The translations under genes were made by a program, and so were the position numbers. Shown here one piece after another: positions 8,197 to 14,977 of a DNA stretch of 20,477 nucleotides; the first letter of the stretch is position 1, and every line of letters begins with the position of its first letter. Origin of the DNA: a virus (Duplodnaviria; Heunggongvirae; Uroviricota; Caudoviricetes); IMG/VR virus record IMGVR_UViG_2703718852_000002, positions 1 through 20,477 of that record; one strand, given 5' to 3'. The notes under the pieces were generated by a model. That model made no database searches. It worked only from the letters and a program-made list of their open reading frames with translations, and was not told the origin of the DNA.

Positions 8197-8667
8197 ATGT
8201 CTATCGAGGAAAAATTTTTTAGTGATATCGATTTAAAAGATCCGTTTTTTAACAGCCTAAGAGCTGATTATGAAGGATTTGATGTTTGGTTTCTCTCAAA
8301 AGGTAAAAATAAGGCGTTTGTATCACGTAATGAATTAGGTGAAATCGATGGTTTTCTCTATTTGAAAATAGAAGATGAAGAGTTGAGTGATATGACTCCA
8401 ACGTTTCCAAAGATGAAGCGAGTAAAGCTTGGCACATTTAAAATCGATGCTCATGGAACCAAACTTGGAGAGCGTTTTATTAGAATTATGTTTCAATTTG
8501 CTATGAGAAACAAACTAAAAGAAGTATATGTTACTATATTTGATAAGCATTCAGGATTAATTCGCTTATTAACTAAATATGGTTTTGTTTTAAAGGCGAG
8601 GAAAAATCTTTCTACGATTAATGGGCAAGAAGGTGTATACTTTAAAAACTTGGTATGGAAGGAGTAA
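8197..8667 (+). CDS. Cargo gene 1: GNAT-fold acetyltransferase-like protein (156 aa)
   Basis: AGAGGA RBS. The C-terminal half, FKIDAHGTKLGERFIRIMFQFAMRNKLKEVYVTIFDKHSGLIRLLTKYGFVLKA, fits the GNAT beta4-alpha3 / ...YxKxGF pattern. The existence of the ORF is more certain than its function. AT-rich. Confidence 0.6.
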   Translation: MSIEEKFFSDIDLKDPFFNSLRADYEGFDVWFLSKGKNKAFVSRNELGEIDGFLYLKIEDEELSDMTPTFPKMKRVKLGTFKIDAHGTKLGERFIRIMFQFAMRNKLKEVYVTIFDKHSGLIRLLTKYGFVLKARKNLSTINGQEGVYFKNLVWKE

Positions 8668-8670
8668 AAA

Positions 8671-9252
8671 ATGAGCTATGCTAATTATCCCTTAGTCAAA
8701 TTGCAGGGGAGAAATTATTTATTAAGTATTTATCCTGCATGGCATACACGTCTTTTCCCTGAGTCAAAACTCCACAATGAGAGTGCTGGTATCATCGCTG
8801 ATATATCACATACCAACAGTATTGAAAAAGTATACTTAACAAAAATGCATGGGGTAGCCAGCCTAAAGCCTGGAGATAATTTGCTTATTTATCGTACTTC
8901 AGATGGACAAGGTCCAGCTCGGTTTAGATCTGTTGCAACTTCAGTGTGTGTGGTTCAGGAAATTAAAGATATTCACGATTTCTTAACTTATGAGGAATTT
9001 AAGAATTACTGTGAACCTTATAGCGTTTTTGATGAAGATGAGTTACAGCTTCTATATATGAAAAAAAATTATCCGATAATTATACGGTTTACTTATAATT
9101 TCCCTTTGGAAAAAAGAGTTATTCGTGATGAAATCATGAATATTACAGGTTATACCAATAGTGATTATTGGGGTTTTTTACCACTAACTGATTCAGCATT
9201 TAAGCAGATTGTCTTACAGGGAGGTGTTGATGAAAGTTTTATTATCGATTAA
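8671..9252 (+). CDS. Cargo gene 2: unknown 193-aa protein, possibly a divergent PUA-like/ASCH-type beta-barrel
   Basis: AAGGAG RBS, start 4 nt after the gene 1 stop. The core LKPGDNLLIYRTSDGQGPARFRSVATSVCVVQEIKD resembles the strand-turn-strand core of ASCH/EVE-type folds. No catalytic motif was recognised with confidence. Confidence 0.45.
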   Translation: MSYANYPLVKLQGRNYLLSIYPAWHTRLFPESKLHNESAGIIADISHTNSIEKVYLTKMHGVASLKPGDNLLIYRTSDGQGPARFRSVATSVCVVQEIKDIHDFLTYEEFKNYCEPYSVFDEDELQLLYMKKNYPIIIRFTYNFPLEKRVIRDEIMNITGYTNSDYWGFLPLTDSAFKQIVLQGGVDESFIID

Positions 9253-9601
9253 GCCAGAGTATGCAGAGAGTATACTTTCTGGTAAAAAAAAATATGAGTT
9301 TCGGAAAAATATTTTTAGAAATAAAAATGTTGATACGATAGTTATTTACGCAACGATGCCGGTTGGCAAAGTAATAGGTGAATTTAAAGTAGGAGATATT
9401 CTTGCTCTATCCCCTTCAGAATTGTGGGATAAAACGAAAGCTCATGCAGGAATTACACATTCTTTTTTTAAAGATTATTTCCACCAAAGAGAAAAGGCTT
9501 TTGCTATTTCCATCAAAAGCCCTAAAAGATATAAATTCCCTGTCGACTTAAATGAGTTGATTCCCGGCGGCGTCGCCCCACAGTCTTATCGTTATTTATA
9601 A
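9230..9601 (+). CDS. Cargo gene 3: ASCH-domain protein (123 aa)
   Basis: GGAGGTG RBS; ATG 9230 overlaps the end of gene 2 by 23 nt. MKVLLSIKPEYAESILSGKKKYEFRKNIFRNKNVDTIVIYATMPVGKVIGEFKVGDIL...AFAISIKSPKRYKFPVDL is the classic stand-alone ASCH (COG4933-type) pattern. Confidence 0.75.
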   Translation: MKVLLSIKPEYAESILSGKKKYEFRKNIFRNKNVDTIVIYATMPVGKVIGEFKVGDILALSPSELWDKTKAHAGITHSFFKDYFHQREKAFAISIKSPKRYKFPVDLNELIPGGVAPQSYRYL

Positions 9602-10141
9602 TGTTGTCTGGGCATGTTTCTTAACCATGCCCAGTTTTTCTAGGGCAATAGATAAATCGTTTGTTGTTGGGGATTCTAAGATAATTAATGGTACATTGAT
9701 TTTATTTGTAACATATTTTGCGTTTTCTCTTTCAGCTTCCATCAGCTTATTTAAATCATAAGTAATATCACTCCCATCTCGTTTCATTATTCGTTCTCTA
9801 ATTGTATCGGGAGACTCCTCAACTAAAATTACTCCATCTAGCCCCATTTCCTCAAATACTTCTTGCTTGAGAACTTCAATATCTCCATTTTTATTTATTA
9901 AGGTAAAATGACCATCCAATAAAATATTGGATACCTTTAACTTTAATGCATTAAGTGCCGTAAGTAATATTGATTGGTTTTTATCAGGTGTGGCCGTTAA
10001 CTTACTGTTATCAAATTTAATATTAGAATTATTTTTTATAAGTTCGCTTGCGCTTACATGAGTTACCCCGAAATCATCTTTTGCAAATGAACACAAGTAA
10101 CCTTTGCCTACACCATGAACACCTGCTATGAAAATTAACAT
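9596..10141 (-). CDS. Cargo gene 4: P-loop NMP/adenylate-kinase-like protein (181 aa)
   Basis: GGAGGT RBS. Walker A IAGVHGVGKGY (a GKG-type loop as in adenylate kinases) and LLDGHF (compare ILDGFP of Adk). Convergent with gene 3; the 3' ends overlap by 6 nt. Confidence 0.65.
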   Translation of the reverse strand: MLIFIAGVHGVGKGYLCSFAKDDFGVTHVSASELIKNNSNIKFDNSKLTATPDKNQSILLTALNALKLKVSNILLDGHFTLINKNGDIEVLKQEVFEEMGLDGVILVEESPDTIRERIMKRDGSDITYDLNKLMEAERENAKYVTNKINVPLIILESPTTNDLSIALEKLGMVKKHAQTTL

Positions 10142-10166
10142 AGTATTACCTCCGTTTATTTATTTA

Positions 10167-10175
10167 TGTTAGAAT
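10167..10175 (+). promoter_or_regulatory. Extended -10 promoter candidate (TGTTAGAAT) for the ASCH-2/AbiC-like operon
   Basis: TGn-TAGAAT at 10167-10175, with a weak -35 (TTACCT, 18-nt spacer). Predicted TSS ~10182, 25 nt before ATG 10207. Confidence 0.4.
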
Positions 10176-10189
10176 GTTATAGCCTTAGC

Positions 10190-10218
10190 ATAGTAGAGGA
10201 TAGAGCATGAAGTTTCAA
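10190..10218 (-). promoter_or_regulatory. Promoter candidate for the kinase-like gene: TTGAAA-17 nt-TACTAT (minus strand)
   Basis: -35 at 10218-10213 and -10 at 10195-10190 on the minus strand, exact 17-nt spacer. Predicted TSS ~10183, about 42 nt before ATG 10141. Confidence 0.45.
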
Positions 10219-10584
10219 GCTATATCGATTTTGACTCCAGCGGTAGAAAATATTATAAATGGTTCTAAATCTATCGAAATACGGTCGTGGTATCCTGAAA
10301 CGATACCATTAAAAAACGTCATTCTTGTTCAGAATGATAAATATCTTAAAAATCAAAGCGATATAGATCATGGGGTGGCTATGGCTATTGTCGATTTTGT
10401 TTCAGTTAGAAATTGGTCATATGAGGATTACTTAAAACAAAACCAAGAAACAACTCTTAATAAGCCTTGGTCTCCAGGTTATTATGTGTGGGAAATTAAA
10501 AATGTTAGAATTTTAAAAAAATCTATTCCTTGTGTGGCGAGGAAAGGTATTTATACAATAGATTTAAATATGGATTATATATAA
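10207..10584 (+). CDS. Cargo gene 5: ASCH-domain protein (125 aa)
   Basis: GAGGA RBS. MKFQAISILTPAVENIINGSKSIEIRSWYPETIPLKNVILVQ fits the common ASCH opening (AxSIxQPWAxxIxxGxKxIEIRSW...). Confidence 0.7.
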   Translation: MKFQAISILTPAVENIINGSKSIEIRSWYPETIPLKNVILVQNDKYLKNQSDIDHGVAMAIVDFVSVRNWSYEDYLKQNQETTLNKPWSPGYYVWEIKNVRILKKSIPCVARKGIYTIDLNMDYI

Positions 10585-10595
10585 GGTATTGTGAG

Positions 10596-11387
10596 ATGTG
10601 TGGTGCCATTCTTCGAAATATTAAGCGTTATGCCATTATTTATTCACTGTTGTTTTTGGCTTTTATTTTAATGCTGATAGTGTTTGTTAGCTATGTTTGT
10701 AAATTTGGAGTGTATTCATGGAGTGATTCCGTAGAGAAATGGGGACAGTTTGGCGATTATATTGGTGGTGTACTGAATCCTGCTCTGGCCTTTATCTCTA
10801 TCATGCTTGTTTGTTTCACACTATATTCTACATCTAGGCAGTCATCTATTCAGTCATTCGAGTCTGTGTTATTTGAGTTACTAAGATTTCATAAAGATAA
10901 CTTATCAGAAATTAAAACAACGTATTCAGATGGAAAAGTGTATGTAGGACGGGAGGCTCTTTCATTATACATTACCGAAGTGAAGTTTAACCTACTTAAT
11001 ATTGTGGATGATTCACTTCCTTTGGATGAAAGGTTAGAGCTTTCAGTTAATATGGTTTATCTGGAAGGTGACAATTTTGCGAATGTGGGACATTATTTCA
11101 GGAATATTTACCATATTTTTAAACATATCAATGACTCTAACTATTTGACTGAGAAAGAAAAAACCAAGTATGCGAAATTAGTTAGAGCACAAATATCTTC
11201 TATAGAATCTGGCGCGATGCTATTAAATGGTTTTTCATCGGTAGGAAAGCCTGCCAAGAAATTTATTGAAAAATATTCTCTCCTTCAGGGGTTTAGTTTA
11301 AGTAAGGAATTCAAGCAGCAATTACATGATTTAGGTGCCTTAAAATTATACGATGACGTTGCTTATGAGGATAAAAAAGGGCATTAA
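10596..11387 (+). CDS. Cargo gene 6: two-TM membrane protein, AbiC-like putative abortive-infection effector (263 aa)
   Basis: Starts 11 nt after gene 5. Two N-terminal hydrophobic helices (AIIYSLLFLAFILMLIVFVSYV and VLNPALAFISIMLVCFTLY) flank WGQFGDYIGGVLNP, the signature I associate with the Pfam 'putative phage abortive infection protein' (putAbiC) family. The C-terminal region is soluble and helical. Confidence 0.6.
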   Translation: MCGAILRNIKRYAIIYSLLFLAFILMLIVFVSYVCKFGVYSWSDSVEKWGQFGDYIGGVLNPALAFISIMLVCFTLYSTSRQSSIQSFESVLFELLRFHKDNLSEIKTTYSDGKVYVGREALSLYITEVKFNLLNIVDDSLPLDERLELSVNMVYLEGDNFANVGHYFRNIYHIFKHINDSNYLTEKEKTKYAKLVRAQISSIESGAMLLNGFSSVGKPAKKFIEKYSLLQGFSLSKEFKQQLHDLGALKLYDDVAYEDKKGH

Positions 11388-11394
11388 ATGCCCT
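11378..11394. terminator. Bidirectional hairpin AGGGCAT-TAA-ATGCCCT at the cargo/portal boundary
   Basis: Perfect 7-bp stem. On the minus strand it is followed by TTTTTTA, so it serves as a Q terminator. The stop codons of gene 6 (11385-11387) and Q (11384-11386, minus strand) both sit in or beside the loop. Confidence 0.55.
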
Positions 11395-12220
11395 TATCTT
11401 GGTCAAGGATGTAGTCATTAAATGACACAATATTTTGATTTATCCAGGTGTTTAGCTCAACTAGTCTTTTCTGCAAAGGAACCAACTCATTTCTGACAAA
11501 AACCTTCGCGGCTTTTTCCACATCCCCAAACCCTCCAACATTATTAGGCATAATCCCCATCATTTGCGGCGGCACGCGGTGCGCAGCCATCATGTCATCA
11601 CGGCTCACGTTCTTGATATTCAGAAACTCATCCTTCGCCGCAACTTCTGACAATGGGATAATCTGAAGCCCGTCCTTTTTGCCGTTAGGCGAGTACATAA
11701 ACAGGTTGCGGAAGTTGCCCGGACCTTTGGCGCTTTTCATCGCATTGCGGAGGTTGTTCACATCTTCCTGGTTCTGCGCGGCATCGGTCATGTACATGAT
11801 GAAGCCTGCATGACTGCCGTTAATGTAATACTTCCGGCGGAACAGCGTGGCGGACTCGTTGAGCAGGGCTGACGGAATGGCAGAAAGATAACCTGGCAGG
11901 CCGTAGATCTCCTGGTTGATGTCCGGTTCCATCAGATGAAAAATGCTGCCTTTCGTGAACTGATACGGCTGGGTTGTCATACCGTATTGCACAAACCAGT
12001 AGGTATCCAGGTCTAACCCGCGTCGGGTATATTTTGCCAGAGCAGGCTCAAGGGCGATAACTTCACCGAAGCGGTTCGTGCGTTTCTCCAGGTAGGCGTT
12101 ACCAAATACCAGATAGTCCTGCACAAAACGTGAAAAAGCCTGCTGGCTGAGCAGCGGGTGAGGGATGTAGGTACTGGTCAGAATGTTGCATTTTACTGCA
12201 ATCGGTGACCGGAAGCAGAG
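11384..12220 (-). pseudogene. Q: Portal protein gpQ, 5'-truncated (C-terminal ~275 codons retained)
   Basis: SPIAVKCNILTSTYIPHPLLSQQAFSRF...LNESATLFRRKYYINGSHAGFIMY...VFVRNELVPLQ matches P2 gpQ from about residue 70 onward. Upstream of ~12210 the minus-strand frame reads antisense to the J remnant (track ORF to 12337). Confidence 0.85.
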
Positions 12221-12439
12221 CCGGTAATGGCAGCGGCAAAAGCCAGTCTGCAGAAGTACATTGCCAGCCAGACGAGGCTTGGTCGGGATATTCGCCGTAG
12301 CGCCATCTTTGCTGCTCTGCATGTTGAGGGTGTTCAACGTGTGGAACTGGCTTCTCCGCTGGCGGATGTGGTCCTGAACAAAACACAGGCGGCATCATGT
12401 ACGCAGTGGAGCGTAACCAACGGAGGAACGGATGAATAG
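12209..12439 (+). pseudogene. J: Baseplate protein gpJ, 3' remnant (~75 codons)
   Basis: ...RLGRDIRRSAIFAALHVEGVQRVELASPLADVVL...GGTDE is a P2 gpJ C-terminus. An in-frame stop at 12206-12208 lies just upstream. The remnant is immediately followed by, and overlaps, gene I as in P2. Confidence 0.75.
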
Positions 12440-13037
12440 TCTGCTGCCACCGGGTTCAACTTCACTGGAGCGCCGACTGGCGCAAACCTGTAGCGGGATT
12501 TCTGATTTGCAGGTGCCGCTGCGTGACTTGTGGAATCCGGCTACCTGTCCGGTCAGCTTCCTGCCTTATCTCGCCTGGGCGTTCTCTGTGGATCGCTGGG
12601 ACGAGGGCTGGACAGAAAGCGTCAAACGCCAGGTAGTGAAGGATGCTTTTTATATTCATCAGCATAAAGGAACCACCAGTGCCGTGCGGCGGGTGGTGGA
12701 ACCGTTCGGATTCCTGATCCGCATTATTGAGTGGTGGCAGACCGGAGAAACACCGGGCACGTTTCGCCTGGATATCGGCGTGCAGGACCAGGGCATCACT
12801 GAAGATACCTATCTGGAACTTGAGCGACTGATAAGCGATGCCAAACCATGTAGCCGCCACATGATCGGCATGTCCATCAATCTGCAGACCAGCGGCCCGC
12901 ATTGGGTGGGAGCCGCCAGCTATCTTGGCGAAGAAATCACGATCTATCCGTATATCAACGAAACGATTATTTCCGGTGGCACCGCGCATGAAGGCGGGGC
13001 GGTCCATGTTATTGACACAATGAGAGTGAATCCATGA
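12432..13037 (+). CDS. I: Baseplate/tail protein gpI (201 aa)
   Basis: GGAGGA RBS. MNSLLPPGSTSLERRLAQ...FLPYLAWAFSVDRWDEGW is typical of P2 gpI. Coupled to H (ATGA). Confidence 0.85.
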   Translation: MNSLLPPGSTSLERRLAQTCSGISDLQVPLRDLWNPATCPVSFLPYLAWAFSVDRWDEGWTESVKRQVVKDAFYIHQHKGTTSAVRRVVEPFGFLIRIIEWWQTGETPGTFRLDIGVQDQGITEDTYLELERLISDAKPCSRHMIGMSINLQTSGPHWVGAASYLGEEITIYPYINETIISGGTAHEGGAVHVIDTMRVNP

Positions 13038-14977
13038 GCACAAAATTTTATACCCTGCTGACGGATATTGGCGCGGCGAAACTTGCCAGCGCCGCCGCGC
13101 TCGGTGTGCCGCTAAAAATTACCCATATGGCGGTGGGCGATGGCGGTGGAGTATTGCCAACGCCGGACGCAAAGCAGACGGCACTGGTAAATGAGAAACG
13201 CCGGGCTGCGCTGAATATGCTTTATATCGACCCGCAGAACAGCAGCCAGATTATTGCCGAACAGGTGATCCCTGAAAACGAGGGCGGTTGGTGGATACGT
13301 GAAGTGGGCTTGTTTGATGAGTCCGGGGCATTGATTGCCGTGGGCAACTGCCCGGAAAGCTATAAGCCGCAACTGGCTGAAGGTAGCGGGCGCACTCAGA
13401 CCGTGCGCATGGTGCTGATTACCAGCAGCACGGACAATATCACCCTGAAAATCGACCCTGCTGTAGTGCTGGCAACCCGCAAGTATGTGGATGACAAGGC
13501 ACTGGAGCTGAAGGTGTACGCGGATGATCAGATGGCAAAACATCTTGCCGCACCGGACCCGCATTCACAGTACGCGCCAAAAGCCAGCCCGACATTTACC
13601 GGAACCCCCAAAGCGCCAACGCCAGCGGCGGGGAATAATACCACGCAGGTTGCGACCACTGCGTTTGTACAGGCGGCACTGACGGCCCTTATTAATGGTG
13701 CGCCAGCCACGCTGGACACGCTGAAAGAAATAGCCGCAGCCATTAACAATGATCCGAATTTCAGTACCACCATTAACAATGCGCTGGCACTAAAAGCACC
13801 GTTGTCGAGTCCGGCACTCACCGGAACGCCAACAGCCCCCACGGCGGCGCAGTCGGTCAACAATACACAGATTGCCACTACGGCTTTTGTGAAATCGGCG
13901 ATTGCAGGAATGGTGGGTTCTGCACCTGCTGCACTGGATACACTGAACGAACTGGCGGCGGCACTGGGGAATGATCCGAACTTTGCCACGACAATGCTTA
14001 ATGCGCTGGCAGGTAAACAACCGCTGGACAATACGCTTACCAATTTGAGTGGAAAGGATGTGGCTGGTCTTCTCGCATACCTTCAATTGGGAGAAGCGGC
14101 AAAACGGGATGTCGGAACCGGTAATAATCAACTCCCGGACATGTCCGCATTTGGTATGTCGCGAAACGGACAAACTGCCTGGGATATTCTCCCAAATGGT
14201 ATGATTCGACAGGCTGGCACTGTGACACTGACACCAGTTGGTAACTTCAACGAAATTGTTCTTGGTGGAGTGACGTACTACACCCATTACTACAGGGTTA
14301 ATTTCCCCAGACAATTCCCAAATGCACAAATAGCAACGCTGGCAACACTAGCGAGCTCAGAGTTTTCGAAACAGACAACAATGGCCGGAAAATCACTGGC
14401 AACGCATCGCGATACTGATTCTGGCACTGACGTATCAAGAACGCGATTCACTGTGGCGTACGGCAGCAGTAACTCGAACCAGCAGCGCGTTGTCCTGGCT
14501 GGCTGGCGCACCACTGGCACTGCTGCGACGCGGGCTTGCTTCATCGGGCAACGCCGCAGGTTTACTTACTGCGCCGTTGTCGTCTTTGCGCCGCACGGCA
14601 TCACTGACGGGAAATGTCCTGAAAACTGTAGCAGGTGCGCCGGTTGCACTTTTGCGGTCTGGATTATCCGGTTTACGTGCTGTTGCTGTGATGTTTATGA
14701 ATCCTCTGGCGGTACTGCGCGGTGGACTGGCCGCCGCAGGCACGGTGCTGCGAGTACTGGCATCTGGTCCACTGGCGATGCTGCGCGTTGCCCTGTATGC
14801 CATATCTGGTCTGTTAGGTGCTCTGCTCAGTCCGATAGGTCTTGTGGTTACTGCACTGGCGGGCGTGGCGCTGGTTGTCTGGAAATACTGGCAACCCATC
14901 ACCGCATTTCTCGGTGGCGTGGTGGAAGGATTCAAAGCGGCGGCAGGTCCCATCAGTGCAGCGTTCGAACCGCTTAA
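13034..14977 (+). pseudogene. H: Tail fibre gpH, 3'-truncated and fused out of frame into the tape-measure gene
   Basis: P2 H-like N-terminus MSTKFYTLLTDIGAAKLASAAALGVPLKITHMAVGDGGG. Fibre-like sequence runs to ~14488 (...TVAYGSSNSNQQ). After that the frame gives a Cys/Arg/Gly-rich nonsense tail across T DNA until the stop at 14977. Confidence 0.8.
13631..14025 (+). repeat. Tandem ~75-aa repeat inside the tail fibre
   Basis: NNTTQVATTAFVQAALTALINGAPATLDTLKEIAAAINNDPNFSTTINNALALKAP is repeated as VNNTQIATTAFVKSAIAGMVGSAPAALDTLNELAAALGNDPNFATTMLNALAGKQP. This is a common phage fibre repeat. Confidence 0.8.

Noticed and set aside
8902-8967. D78-x18-E97-x-K99 in cargo gene 2, resembling a PD-(D/E)xK nuclease motif
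   Set aside because: The pattern is short and common by chance. The surrounding sequence fits a PUA-like beta hairpin equally well. It needs profile or structure comparison before any nuclease claim.
10530-10595. Upstream extension of the AbiC-like ORF overlapping the end of ASCH gene 5
   Set aside because: It starts at a non-ATG codon inside gene 5. ATG 10596 follows the gene 5 stop and gives a sensible N-terminus before TM1.
12099-12398. 99-aa minus-strand ORF and the 317-aa version of Q extending to 12337
   Set aside because: Both bridge the Q'/'J deletion seam and read antisense to J. They are artefacts of the fusion.
13528-14043. 171-aa minus-strand ORF (Ala/Ser/Val-rich) opposite the tail-fibre repeats, plus 13112-13564 and 13790-14329 on the minus strand
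   Set aside because: These are antisense shadow ORFs of a GC-rich, repeat-containing gene. They have no RBS, and the plus strand has clear P2 gpH homology.
14490-14977. C-terminal 160 aa of the 647-aa 'tail fibre' ORF
   Set aside because: The Cys/Arg/Gly-rich nonsense arises from reading T DNA out of frame after the deletion junction. It is not a real receptor-binding domain.
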